Below, in pieces: positions 13,060 to 26,643 of a stretch of DNA of 64,000 bases. Each line of letters starts with the position of its first letter. Position 1 is the first letter of the stretch. The stretch covers positions 5,899 to 69,898 of the forward strand of contig NW_021833108.1 of the NCBI RefSeq assembly GCF_006345805.1. The letters are read 5' to 3'. The translations under genes and the position numbers were made by a program. The stretch comes from Octopus sinensis. Lineage: Eukaryota. The notes under the pieces were generated by a model that was not told where the DNA came from, did not search any database, and saw only the letters and a list, made by a program, of their open reading frames with translations.

Positions 13060-13389
13060 AACAGAGTTAAATATTAAGAACGGTCATCGACATGGAATTC
13101 AAGCTTAATTCAACTCTACTTCCTCCTCCTCTTCTTTTTTTCCTCTTCGTTGTCCGTTCATTTGTCTCCTCTTCCTCCTCTTTTCGATTCTTCTCCTTCC
13201 AACCTCAGGGCTTGTTCTCTAATTCCTTACCTCTTACCTCCTCTCCTTGTCTTGACTGTTCTTTTAATCATCCCCTCCTCCTCCTCCTCCTCCTCTCCCT
13301 TTTCCTTGTCTGTCCTTTAAACAAACAATTTCTGAGCGAATGTCAACTGTTTTGGTAACGACGTAGAATAATATTTATAATTATTTAAT

Positions 13390-13809
13390 ATCAACGATGA
13401 TGATGATGATGATTATGATGATGATGGTGGTGGTGGTGGTGGTGATGGTGGTGGTGGTGGTGGTGGTGGTGGTCTTTGACGATCATAATCATCATCATCA
13501 TCATCATCGCCATCGTCATCACCATCATGACGACGAAGTGGATGGATGATGATGCTGATGATAATGATGACGATGATGATGGTGGAGGTGCTGGTGATGC
13601 AGGCGACGATGACAATCAGGATGATGCTGATGATGATGACAATAATGGAAGTGGTGGTGGTGGTGGTGGTGGTGGTGGTGGGTCGGACTCGTCGTCGTCG
13701 TCATTGTATTTGCGATGACGATGGAGTCGTTGTTGCTGTTGCTACCGTTGTCGGCGGTGGCAGTGGTGCGTGTGTGTGTGTGTGTGTGTGCGTGCGTGTG
13801 TGTGTGTGC

Positions 13810-13848
<39 letters not shown>

Positions 13849-14260
13849 TGTGTGTGATGGGAAACGATGTTGAATAAATATATTTATAAAAGAAAGGCTA
13901 TGTTTTGGAAGACTCCACACAGATTTCTGCAAGTTCAGCTAGTCTCTCGCCACTAATTATAATAATTACGTGTTTGATGTAGTTAAGTGTGTCTATGAGA
14001 ACGAGATGAGGGTACTGGGAAAAGTTCGGTTCAGGGAGATGGGGATGCTGCTGCTGATAATGATACTGATGATGCTGACGACGCTAATGGTGGTGGTGAT
14101 GATGATGATGGTGGTGGTGGTGGTGGTGGTGGTGGTGGGGCGCTGCTTGATGTGGTGGTGTTCGGGCAAGGGGGTGACGGTTTGTCGGAGGCTTTGGAGT
14201 TGGCATCCGGAAAATTACATAAAACTTCGTACGAAATACATATGTACATATACGCATATG

Positions 14261-14297
<37 letters not shown>

Positions 14298-14298
14298 T

Positions 14299-14341
<43 letters not shown>

Positions 14342-14537
14342 ATATATATAATTATAGAGACATATGCGTATATGTGCATATGCATATATATATTTATATA
14401 TATAAATACACTTATGTATGTATGGATGGATGTATATGTATATACATACGTGTGTGTATGTATGTATATATATACATACATATACATACCGCGTGTACGT
14501 ATATGTAGATATATGTACACACACATGTGTATGTGTG

Positions 14538-14569
<32 letters not shown>

Positions 14570-14726
14570 ATATATATATACATATATACATATATATAGA
14601 GTATATATATGTATATATATATATACATACATATATATATATATGTGAATGTACGTATGTGTGTATGTGTGTATGTATACATACATATATATATAAATAT
14701 ATAATATCTGTGTATATATATGTATA

Positions 14727-14760
<34 letters not shown>

Positions 14761-14805
14761 GAGAGAGAGAGAGAAAGAGAAAGAGAGAGAGAAAATGATA
14801 GATAA

Positions 14806-14880
<75 letters not shown>

Positions 14881-14930
14881 CAGATATACAAACGTACATG
14901 TATATATAAATATATACAGATTCATACACA
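13390..14930. repeat. Trinucleotide (GAT/GGT/CAT), (TG)n, (TA)n and (GA)n microsatellite cluster
   Basis: Direct inspection. Confidence 0.9.
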
Positions 14931-15033
14931 CTTATAAGACCATCTGGTAGGTTATGGTGACCCTAGATCTAAATGAAAACAAATAACCTTCGTTCATGAA
15001 AGTGCGTGCGTGCGTGAGCAGTTACTTGCTTGC

Positions 15034-15066
<33 letters not shown>

Positions 15067-15861
15067 TGTGTGCAATCTTCTGTATGATAAAGGATTATAT
15101 TTATGAAATCGTATGTCACTGTAATAGGGCATACGATGCTGAAGGTCGCCAAGAAATTTTTTGTAAAAGCAGGAAATTGGTTAAATATTCAGAGAAAAGA
15201 ATGGAGAATAAGTAGGTACATGTCAACCGAGCTTGATTTTTCTCTTCTGAGAGAGTATTTCCTGGTTACGGTTTCAATTCTAGCCCAGAGCCGTTATAAC
15301 AGAATTATCGGTCCCCAAGCAAACTAATGCACGGAGATCCACTCCCTATATACTCAATGACATAAATTCATTAGCCTTGAGTCCCTAGACTGTGAGACCC
15401 CCCCCCACCCACTCCAAGTAATGTCTTAGACAAAGGTGTGCTTAAATTTGTGAAGGAAGGGGGAAAGCGATTGTCCAATGAGGGCAATTTTCTTCCTTTC
15501 AGCATTGCTGAAGGTACGTTCGGTTAGTAATTTTATGACTTTTTAAGGGACTAGGTCTGAAGAAAAGCAAAAATCTGGGGTCGTCTGGATGGTGGAACAA
15601 TTTGTAGGAGTGCTGAGCCAAGCAATTTTTAGATCCTCTTTCTCTCTCAATCATTATCCCTCTCTCTCTCTCTCCCCGTTAATCTCTCTCTCTCTCTCTC
15701 TCTCTCTTGCTCTCTTTCTCCCTGTCTCCGTTTCTTTTTATCCCTTTTTTTCTTTCTCTCTGTATGTATTTATATATGTATTTGTATATGTGTATGTGTG
15801 TGTATATGTTTAATATATATGCATGCAAATATATATGTGTGTGTGTAGATACATACATACA

Positions 15862-15892
<31 letters not shown>

Positions 15893-15899
15893 ATATATA

Positions 15900-15960
<61 letters not shown>

Positions 15961-15995
15961 TTGCTATATATATATATATATATATCCATTCCCTG

Positions 15996-16032
<37 letters not shown>

Positions 16033-16566
16033 AGTATGTATGTATGTGTCTGTCTGTCTGTCAATCTATTTCTCTGAAACACCAAAGTTTATTTGGCTAA
16101 ACCGTTTAAACAGCTTCGTTGATGATACCTTAAGCAGATTTCGTTATTGTTTTTAGCAGGGAATGGGTTCCCAATCCTAGTCTGAATCGAAGGTGCGTCT
16201 TTTTCCCCCCTTTGCGTTCCTCTCTATGCGTGGTTCTTGTAGACTGATTGTCGAGAAATTTCTGAGAAGAGCTCTGGCTTGTCGGAAAAATAAGAATGTT
16301 ATTGCATGATGTGTGACTTCTGTCGTTAATGAGCAGGTTTTATCCAAATGTTTTTGATTTAAGCACAAGGCAAGAATTTTGATGAGAGGAGGATTAGCTA
16401 ATAAAAGAGACCCCAGTACTTCACTGGGGCATCGATCCCGGAGGAATAAAAAAGCAAAGTATGCAACGTGGGGGGTGGGATTGAACTCAGAACTACCGTA
16501 AGTCATTTTCCCCGACGTCTTAACAATTCTGCACACTTACAACCTTTAATATTATTCTAAATAGGA

Positions 16567-17330
16567 AGGCGGCGAGCTGGCAGAAACGTTAGCGCGCCGG
16601 GCGAAATGTATTTCGTCTGCTGTTACGTTCTGAGTTCAAATTCCGCCGAGGAAGACTATGCCTTTCATCCTTTCGGGGTCGATAAATTAAGTACCAGTCA
16701 CACACTGGGGTCGATGTAATCGACTTAATCCGTTTGTCTGTCCTTGTTTGTCCCCTTTGTGTTTAGCCCCTTGTGAGTAGTAAAGAAATAGGTATTTCGT
16801 CTGCCGTTACGTTCTGAGTTCAAATTCCACCGAGGTCGACTTTGCCTTTCATCCTTTCGGGGGCGATAAAATAAGTACCAGTTCTGTACTGGGGTTGATC
16901 TAATTTCGGGTCTTGTGTAGAAAACAATATTCCCAATAGGAAGGCGACGAGCTGGCAGAAACGTTAGCACGCCGGGCAAAATGCTTACCGGTATTTCGTC
17001 TGTCCCTACGTTCTGAGTTCAAATCCCACCGAGGTTTTCTTTGCATTTCATCTCTTTCGGGGTCGATAAAACAAATACCAGTTGAATACTGGGCCCCCTC
17101 CCCAAATATTTCGGGCCTTGTGCCTAGAATAGAAAAGAATACCCTAAATTGGCATAAGGCTAGGAATTTTGAGAACATGGGACAAGTCGGTTAAAATTAA
17201 TTCCAGTTCTTAAATGTTGCTTTATTTTATCGACCCTGGAGGGATGAAAGGTAAAGCTGACCTCAGCTGTATTTTAACTCAGAATGCAAAGAACACTCGT
17301 AAGTAGTTTTCTGGTGCTCAAACAATTCGA
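16567..17330 (+). mobile_element. Cluster of SINE family B copies (16567-16885 + multimer, 16941-17135 +, 17140-17330 - degenerate)
   Basis: Repeated 'ggcggcgagctggcagaaacgttagc' heads and 'gcctttcatcctttcggggtcgataaa' cores. Confidence 0.8.
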
Positions 17331-17360
17331 CTAATAAACGCTGTATATACAGAATACAGT

Positions 17361-18090
17361 GGTGAAGGCGAGGCTTTGTGGCAAAAAGTTTCCTTCCAAA
17401 CCACATGGTTCCGGGTTCAGGCCCACTGTCTGGCACCTTGAGTAAGGTATTCTGCTATAACTCTGACCGCCAAAGACTTGTGAGAGGATTTTATATTTGC
17501 AATGACGATCGTACTGAAGAGCTACTGACAATTACGTAAATAATTTTGCGTTAGTGTTAATAGCGAAATTAGTTTATGACTAATCTATATTTTGTTTCTT
17601 TTCATTTGTCTTGCTCGCTTACGTTCTGGCGTTTGCTAAGTTGCCTTGAGAACATTCCTTTCTTAGTGGTAAGACTATAGTGGATCTACTTCTAGCATAA
17701 TGGATGTCCACGTAGTGATCATCCCTCTTAAATGTATGCTTGCAATATATATACACACACATTATATATATATAAACGAAAGAAAGGGCACTCAACACAT
17801 TTATTGGGAGCTACATGTATTGTTCAAATATATATATATATATATATATATTGCGTGGGGGAGGGTTTGTGTCTATATTTCTCTGTGTATGTGTTGTGTA
17901 TGCGTGTGTATCTGTGTCTGTCCCCCTCCACCGTTTGACAACCGGTTTTGATGTGTTTACGTCCCATTGATCTAGCAGTTCGGCAAAAGAAAGACCGATA
18001 CAATGTGTGCCAGGCTTTACAAAAAGATAAGTACTGGAGTCGATTCGTCTAACACAAATTCTTCAAGGCTATGCCCAAGCATGGCCTAAG
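17361..18090 (+). mobile_element. SINE family A, degenerate, interrupted by a hammerhead-bearing element at about 17490-17850
   Basis: Head 'ccacatggttccgggttcaggcccac' near 17400; tail 'gacaaccggttttgatgtgtttacgtccc..gttcggcaaaag' at 17935-18090. Confidence 0.7.
17511..17588 (+). ncRNA. Type I hammerhead ribozyme motif, intact core
   Basis: GTA-CTGAAGA-GCTACTGACA...TGTTAATAGC-GAAA-TTAGT ttatg ACTAA-TC^-TAT: canonical core, stem II about 10 bp, stem III 5-6 bp, AUC cleavage triplet, short stem I. Confidence 0.7.
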
Positions 18091-18202
18091 CTTGAAACGT
18101 CAAAGACTTCCATTCTTCCCGAGCGTCAAGCTAATACATCTGTTTGTCGTTCCCTCACTGGTCTTCGTCTTTTGTTTTCTGTAAATTTGAATTACACACA
18201 CA

Positions 18203-18247
<45 letters not shown>

Positions 18248-18561
18248 ACATACATACATACAAGCAAATATATGAGGGGTACTGGTATCCAAATTTTCAT
18301 TCACACCACAAGACCCCTTTGAATGAACAACACATGGAATCTATGTCTCCACACTTTCCATTTGTGATGACAAAATACGAACTCCCATTGGAATTTATAA
18401 CCCACGGACAAGAAGCATTTATACCCATTCTACACACCACTTTCATTGGATAATGGAACAATAACATCTTTATACATTTTTATTTCTACATTCATTCTCC
18501 TATTTCCCTATATATTTCTTATCTGCTTCCTCTTCCAAAATAACTCCTCATACTGATGAAG

Positions 18562-18845
18562 TTTGTTCCTTCTCGAGCCATGCCTTGCTCATAAGGACCG
18601 GTTTCCCGGTTTCCTGGGCGTATAGGTTCCCCACTTGGACGGGACACCGGTCCGTCGCAGGTGAGATGCAAGATGCAGGAGGAAAGAGTGAGAGAAAGTT
18701 GGGGCGAAAGAGTTAGCAGAAGTTCGCCGGACCGCATGGAGCTTAGGTGTTTCGCTCATAAACACACATCGCCCGGTCTGAAATTCGAACCCGCGATCCC
18801 TCAACCGCGAGTCCGCTGCTCTAATCACTGGTACATGTGCCTCCA
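18562..18845 (-). mobile_element. SINE family C (tRNA-like head) with tail type 2
   Basis: Reverse complement: 'ggaggcacatgtaccagtgattagagcagcggactcgcggttgagggatcgcgggttcgaat...cctgcgacggaccggtgtcccgtcc...gaaaccgg...ggctcgagaaggaacaaa'; second copy at 38728-39018. Confidence 0.85.
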
Positions 18846-18846
18846 C

Positions 18847-18894
18847 GTCTCTGACGAAGGGTTATCCCTAATATCCTAAAAACAGCTGTAAGAC
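18847..18894 (+). ncRNA. Minimal hammerhead ribozyme motif, G12 lost (probably inactive)
   Basis: GTCT-CTGACGA-AGGGTTAT..ATATCCT-[A]AAAAC-AGCT-GTA^-AGAC: perfect stem I, palindromic stem III ACAGCTGT. Confidence 0.6.
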
Positions 18895-18977
18895 AAACTT
18901 TGTCTTTATAAATGTCCTGAAATCTCCACACAGCCTTAGCTCTATCTCATTTTATTTAACATATACATACAAATATA

Positions 18978-19008
<31 letters not shown>

Positions 19009-19689
19009 CGCAGCCATTTCCCTTCTTCTCTCCCTTTCTCTTGCTCCTCCTCCCCCCCCTTCCTGTCGCTCACCTGCGACGATACTTCCGCTCTGACTAT
19101 CTTTCTGATCTGGCCTTTCAAGGTAATGGACGACATTCTTCCTCCTCCTCTCGTCGTTCACAAAAAATTCTGCGTTGGCAATACTTGTTTTCGTTCGGCG
19201 TCAACAGCCCTTCTTATCTTGTTTTTCCCTGTCCTGTCTTTTACTGTTTATATTTAGTACTGTCGTTACTGTCCTGTTTTTTACCATTTTTTTTACCATT
19301 TCTTACCCCTCTGCGAAAAGATCTCAGAATTTTAATTGATTTGCTTTTCGTAGGAAGGAAAGTTTCTTGTCGAAGATACGTCTCGCTTTTATCCTTCGAA
19401 ACGTAGAGTAGATGAAACCGTAGCGACTGAAGAAGGGTTTTTTTCTTTGTGTTAATTGTCCTGTACTCTATTTTTTTGTTGTTTTTAAAAAAATGTCCAG
19501 TTCCTTTGGTTTGTGCCTATGTTTTCGTTTCTCATTGTGTTCGACGTCCCTTTGGTGTCCTGTACTGATATATGCGTGTATATGTACATGTAGAGGTAGG
19601 TACGTACATATATGTTTATATATATGCATATATTTTATTTCATTTATTAATATATATGTTTATATATATATATATAATATATATATATA

Positions 19690-19740
<51 letters not shown>

Positions 19741-20081
19741 GTAGTATGTATGTATGTATGTATGTATCTATGTATGTATGTATGTATATACAACTGGCTT
19801 TCAATTTCCAAGCCTTTTGGTCGGCCTAAAAGAAAATTATTTCTCAAACAGGATGTTTAATTTTCAAATAGAGCGCTTGAAATTCACGCAGCTGAATGAA
19901 ACGAATGTTCGTTGCAGTTAAAAAATGATTATTGGAATATATCAATAACTGCGCATACTTGCCTCGAACTCCGAAAAACATCTACTTTGTCCTCAACAAA
20001 CAATGTTATAGCTCTGTGTGTGTATGTGTGCATGTGTCCGTGTGTGTGATCGAGCATGTACATGAGTGCTTGGAGAGCGAA

Positions 20082-20203
<122 letters not shown>

Positions 20204-20414
20204 GGATTCGCAATCAGGTCCAGTGAAGTAAATATAGAGTTGTAATACTGTTCTATAGAGTGGATTAGTGTATATTCATGCGATGCTCCTTAGAGTTTCT
20301 CATTTTTCAAGTTCCTTGCTGCCTGATGAGGACGAGCGATTAACAATTTTAAGATGACGTTTGGCAATAGTTGTTTATAAACAGGGAATGGAGGTTGGCA
20401 TGATACACGTGATT

Positions 20415-20416
20415 GT

Positions 20417-20493
<77 letters not shown>

Positions 20494-20606
20494 CGGACGG
20501 ACAGACGGACGGACAGACGGACGGACAGACAGATAGATAGGCAGACGGACGGACGGACAGGCAGACAGGAAGATAGACAAACAGATAGACAAACAGATAG
20601 GCAGAT

Positions 20607-20640
<34 letters not shown>

Positions 20641-20763
20641 ATGGACTGACGGACTGACGGACGGACGGACGGGTAGATAGATAGACAGACAGACAGAAAG
20701 ACGGATGGAAGGATGGATGGACTAATAGATGGACTGACAGACAGACGAACGGACAGACGGATG

Positions 20764-20802
<39 letters not shown>

Positions 20803-20803
20803 C

Positions 20804-20873
<70 letters not shown>

Positions 20874-21035
20874 CAAACAGACAGATGAACGGACGGGTAG
20901 ATAGACAGACAGACAGTAAAAGGGATGGATGGATGGATGGATGGATGCACTGACAGATGGACGGACAGAGAGGCGGATGGACGGACAGGCAGACGGATGG
21001 ACAGGCGGACGGATGGACGGGTGGACGAGTAGATA
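20415..21035. repeat. (GATA/GACA/GACG/GATG)n compound tetranucleotide microsatellite
   Basis: Direct inspection. Confidence 0.95.
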
Positions 21036-21337
21036 AATTGAATCGTATATATGGCAAAAGCAGATCTATCCAGGAGTGTATGTTCATAAAGCACTTGGAA
21101 GCGACCATCAAAGTAGTTGAAAGCAACTTTCGTCTCTCAACTATGCTTTCAACTACGCAGATCTGCAGCGGGACTGAATAGTCACCAGAACAGTCATTAC
21201 TTTATGTGTTCATTCGACCGACAAAAAATAGCAGTGAAATATCCCAGGAATCACCTCCTACTATCTTAATACGACGAACAACACTTTGGAGTGATATGTT
21301 GCTGGACTGTCTTTCTAAAATACGGTTGTAATGGCTT

Positions 21338-21724
21338 GGAGGCGCAATGGCCCAGTGGTTAGGGCAGCGGACTCGCGGTCATAGGATTGCGGTTTCGATT
21401 CCCAGACCGGGCGTTGTGAGTGTTTATTGAGTGAAAACACCTAAAGTTCCACGAGTCTCCGGCAGGGGATGGTGGTGATCCCTGCTGTACTCTTTCACCA
21501 CAACTTTCTCTCACTCTTACTTCCTGTTTCTGTTGTACCTGTATTTCAAAGGGCCGGCCTTGTCACTCTCTGTGTCACGCTGAATATCCCCGAGAACTAC
21601 GTTAAGAGTACACGTGTCTGTGGAGTGCTCAGCCACTTACACATTAATTTCACGAGCAGGCTGTTCCGTTGATTCGGATCAACCGGAACCCTCGTCGTCG
21701 TAACCGACGGAGTGCTTCCATCCA
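21338..21724 (+). mobile_element. SINE family C with tail type 1, full length, 11-bp TSD
   Basis: A-box 'tggcccagtggtt', B-box-like 'ggtttcgattccc'; TSD tgtaatggctt at 21327-21337 and 21725-21735; near-identical to 49340-49718. Confidence 0.9.
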
Positions 21725-22367
21725 TGTAATGGCTTACGTCATACATTTATTGAGACGAGCTGATCTGGCTAAGAACATTAAATAACAAGCTGAGGTTTTC
21801 TCTTTTTTCCTCTTCACATTACGCAACTCTTTTCATTGTGACATGCCATCAATATGTAATGTATTTAAATATTTATTTTATTAATTGGATACCCTTTTTC
21901 TATCTGTTGCATTGTTCGAGACAGGTGTTTGCATTGTTTGGTCCTGTTTTATATTTTTCATTGATTTTATTGAATTTTTTTAGTGTTGTATCAATGCCAT
22001 GACAGGCACGTATACTAACAAATCAATCAACCTATTTATCTGTTTATTTATCTATCACTCTATTTGTCTCTTTATCTATATATTTGTCTATCTGCTTGTC
22101 TGATTACCTATACATATGTATATGTACGTATAAACGTGCGAGTGTGTGTGTGTATTTATATATACATCTAGTATATAAGTATGTATGTATGTATGTATGT
22201 ATGTATGTATGTATGTATGTATACACGCACACACACATATATTTACAGATAAAGATATACATATCAATACATAAATATACACATACAGGAATATATATGT
22301 GCATATATTCAAATATATATGTGTGTGTATGCATTTGTGTATTATAGATAGATAAACAGATAAATAA

Positions 22368-23675
22368 CTTTCTTTATTGGCTACACAGGGCTGAACACAG
22401 AGGGGACAAATACAAATGTAGAGGATTTTTTTCGAAAATGAAAATGAAAAGGGGAAAAAAAGAGAAAAAAATGTAAAATTCTGATCAAAAGGGATCGGGG
22501 AAACAAATCGATCGAAAGGATCGTGTATCACAGAAGTATTTAAAAATGTAAAATGCAAGATTAGTTTTATCCGTGGAAAGAAAAGCCTACGGAAAAGACT
22601 ACGGTAACTCAGGCAGGGAGGAAATAAACACATGAGAACAAAGTGCTCCCTCTCTCTCTCATTTCCGATTTACAGCAACATGCTCTATGTAGTTTCGTGA
22701 CTCGTACGCACCATCTTTGCTACATTCACCTACCTTTTTTTGAAACTTTCTCGAGACAAAACTTGCCTCTCCATTCTCACCTTCCTTTTCAAGTGGTACT
22801 TGAAAAAAATTGATGAGCGATTGTACAGAGTGGTAAGTGTTTGTCTCTAATCCTTTCACTCGAGTCCGCCACACACATTCTTTCACCATGGCCACCAGTA
22901 CAATGAAGACTGCCTTGCCTTGCCGGTTGAGGGAAGTTGGCGGAGCAACTTTCATGATAGACTCGGCCGACAGGCGGACTCGTCCCACACGTGACAGCCA
23001 TTCGGCATAAGCCTACAGGTCCGAAATGGTTGGACACTGCATGAGTGCGTGCAGAATGGTTTTATCGCTCTGACCGCATCTTGGGCAAGTCGGTCCGCTG
23101 TGTCTCGAACCGTTCCTGTAGAGCTTATTCCGAACAGATAATGCTTCTCAATAGCACTGCCAGGCCAGAGATCTTTGGTGATTGTTCATAGGTACTGGGC
23201 CGAAAGTTGTCCTGAACAGGCGGGTCAAGTGTTCTTCGTCGATGCCCAGATTCTGCCCAAGAACGTCGTTGCACCTTCCTTTAATTAATGTTATATAGAA
23301 CGCTTTTGTTGTAATGAAGTCGCACAAGTTTGATCCCGGACGGCATAGTTGCTTGAGAGCAACACGATACACGCCTAGCCTCGGTTTCTGTTTGATCCAC
23401 GACTGCAGTTCGGCCAATGAGACAAGCTACGGGAAAGCGCGCCGCACAAACGGCGACCACAGCTGTTCACCGTCGTCTATGAAGTGCCGTAGATGTCACA
23501 GTCTCAGTGCGTGTCTGCGCATCATCAACCACGGCATGCCTACACCTCCATTTAGCGAGTGTTGACAGCAAATAGATCGCCTAACCATCAGAACGCTTCC
23601 TTTCCACAAGAAGCGGAAGAGAATGCGTTCCAGTTTGGTGATGATAAGGTCGAGACAAGGCACGACGGTCAAACG
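22368..23675 (-). mobile_element. Tx1-clade LINE, 5'-truncated (post-RT region, CCHC finger, 3' UTR)
   Basis: LERILFRFLWKGSVLMVRRSICCQHSLNGGVGMP; PTCPRCGQSDKTILHALMQC; AVFIVLVAMVKECVWRTR; 3' UTR ends '...agccaataaagaaa'; flanked by (TATC/GATA)-type repeats. Confidence 0.85.
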
Positions 23676-23681
23676 AGATAG

Positions 23682-23810
<129 letters not shown>

Positions 23811-24519
23811 TTTGATCTCTATACCATAATACATTTAAGTGTTCTCATGATGATCTGGAGTAGTTAAGCATCCAATTCCACCTGCAACCAATGCAGACGT
23901 TCTAAACAACCACAACGAAAAATTGCACGCAGAAGACAAATGATACAGACTTGTGTTCATCATGATGTCTTATATATAAATGCATGCATGTAGATTTGTA
24001 TGTGTGTATATCTATGTACGTTTGTGTGTATCTAAGAATGTATTCATGTATGTATGTATCTCATTATTTAGCTTTATTTCAAGATTTCTTGCTAATACAG
24101 AAAGAACTGGTTGCTAACCTAGATCCAACGCTGCTTTACTTGAATTTTAACATCAACAACCGAGCATTTTTGTATGTATGTATGTGTGTATGGATGAATG
24201 GATGAATGGATGGATGGATGCATGGATGGATGCATGGATGGATGCATGTGTAGGCGTGTATGTTTTATGTATGTATTCTCATGCTTATACTTACATATCT
24301 AGCCATGCTTTATATATATTTAAATGATAAACTTCAGAAAGTTTGACAGATTTTTACAGTTCCAGCGATGGATTGGATTTGTAGTCTTCGAATTCGCTTT
24401 CTCCTTTCTGGTGTTGAGAAGCCTAATTTCTCACAATTGATTTTTAGGCAAAGCGTTATATATCCTAGAGCCCCAATAATTACAGGTATAAACTTGTGAA
24501 CTGGATAGAGTGTTTGCAG

Positions 24520-25045
24520 ATTGTATGTATGTATGTATGTATTTATGTATGTATGTATATATGTACGTTCGTATGTATGTATGTACGTTTGTATGTATGC
24601 ATATATCTATATATGTATGTATATATGTATGTATGTACGTTTGTATATATATGTATATATTTGTATATATATGTATGCATGTATCTATGTTTGTATGCAT
24701 GAATGTGTGTATGTACATTTGTATGTATGTATATATGTATGTATATACGTTTGTATGTATGTATATACGTTTGTATGTATGTATTATGCATGTATGTATA
24801 TGTATGTACGTTTGTATGTATGCATGTATCTATGTATCTATGTATGTATGTACGTTTGTATGTATGTATATATGTATATATGTATGCATGTATATATGTT
24901 GATATCTATGTATGTATATATGTATGTACGTTTGTATGTATGTATATATGTATATATGTATGCATGTATATATGTTGATATCTATGTATGTATATATATA
25001 TGTACGTTTGTATGTATGTATGTATGTATGCATGCATGTATGTAG

Positions 25046-25076
<31 letters not shown>

Positions 25077-25370
25077 TGTATGTATGTATGTATGTATGTA
25101 TGTACGTTTGTATGTACGTATATATGAATGTATGTAAGCTTCTTTGTATGTACGTGTGTATGTATGTATATATATGTATATATGCATGTATGTATCTATA
25201 TATATCAATGTAAGCATGTATGTATGTACGTTTATATGTATGTATATATGTACGTTTGTATGTATGTATATATGTATGTATGTATGTATGTTTGTTTGTA
25301 TGTATGTATGTATGTATGTATGTATGTATGTATGTATGTATGTATGTATGTATGTATGTATGTATGTATT
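24520..25370. repeat. Long degenerate (TATG)n array with higher-order duplicated units
   Basis: Recurring 'gtacgtttgtatgtatg' and 'atatgttgatatctatg' markers. Confidence 0.9.
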
Positions 25371-25524
25371 GCAAAGTTGTTATGTCTCATATAACAGCGT
25401 ACTGGTTAATCTTAGCATGGGTTTTCCTTTGGTATGATACACGTTTGAATAGATTTACAGAATGTATATTCAAGAACAGAATAACACTGAAGACTTAGTT
25501 ACAAAAGCTTTATATTGTAACATA

Positions 25525-25860
25525 GGGTAAGGGGTAAGGACCCTCTTGGCTCATGAATGACCATGGGATTGCACCTATGAAGGTCCGCTCCGAGGCACAA
25601 GTCCAGGCAAGGTTGTTTGCGGATGACCAGCAATCATCCATGTATACCAGCGTCCTCTCACCACGCCACCGAATTTATCCAAGGGAAAGGCAAAGACCGA
25701 TACAGCTTGGCATCAGTGACGTCGCAACTCATTTCTACACCTGAGGGAACTGGAACACCGTGAAATAAAGTATCTTGCGCAAGAACACAACACGCAGCTC
25801 GGTCCGGGAATAGAACTCACTATCTCATGATTGTAAGCCCGATGCTCTAACCGCTGGGCC
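25525..25860 (-). mobile_element. SINE family D (tRNA head, CORE-like box) with a distinct tail
   Basis: Reverse complement: 'ggcccagcggttagagcatcgggc...gagttctattccc...ttcttgcgcaagatactttatttcacg...atcccatggtcattcatgag...ttaccccttaccc'. Confidence 0.75.
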
Positions 25861-26643
25861 GTATATTTACACGTGTATCACAAACGTGTACTAGTATGCC
25901 ATACGGTAATCGTTACATGGACTGTTGCATAATTCCTTACAATGCCAAATCATCAGGAGAAAAAAAGTAATTTAATTCATTGCAGATCACCAACTTTTCT
26001 CAATAGATTATCTTTTACAGATTCTTATGAACCCACAGTTGATGCCTTCTCGCAACAAAATATTTCACTGCCAATAAGTATATTTCTTTGTCTTCAGTTA
26101 TAATTCCATTCATATCCTAGTTAATTGAAACAACTTAGATTTTAGTCAGATCTTTTTTTGCCTCAAACTGCTAGATTTATATTTGCAGTTCAGCTTTCTT
26201 ACTGGTGTCATTAAATTCAACTTAAGCTGCTTTACTGGCATTTTTCCCTACGCTTCGAGTTCTGCAAGTGCATTTTTTTATATAATATACATTTCTTTAA
26301 TTTATAAAATTTACTCTTTTAATATAGCTTAAGCTTTTTGCAAAAGTATTCTATTCTTTTATCTTTATACTTTTTAAATTTTGTTTTAATAACAGATGTT
26401 TTTTAGCTGCAAAAAGCGTGGACTAGCAACGAAAATATGAGACCAGGAACGATAATATTCTTAAATTTACCTGGAAAAGAAGAAAACAAGAAATAGCAGT
26501 TAAAATTATTGCAGCTAAAGTCAGAATTGAAATTTAAATAAAGTATATGCTATACAGTTCTACATTTGAGAGATGAGGAATTATGTACATTATTTGCATT
26601 ATTTAAATTTGACGGATGTTTGTCCTCATCTTGTTTGTTGTTA

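Noticed and set aside
20322-20345. CTGATGAG hammerhead half-core (similar half-cores at 19425 and 38525)
   Set aside because: No correctly placed stem II, GAAA and NUH downstream
21112-21156. 13-bp hairpin as a possible miRNA
   Set aside because: Stem too short for a pre-miRNA and not extendable
21338-21410. Functional tRNA genes at SINE heads (also 26772, 37932, 49340)
   Set aside because: A/B boxes are present, but acceptor stems are not closed and they continue into SINE bodies, some with TSDs
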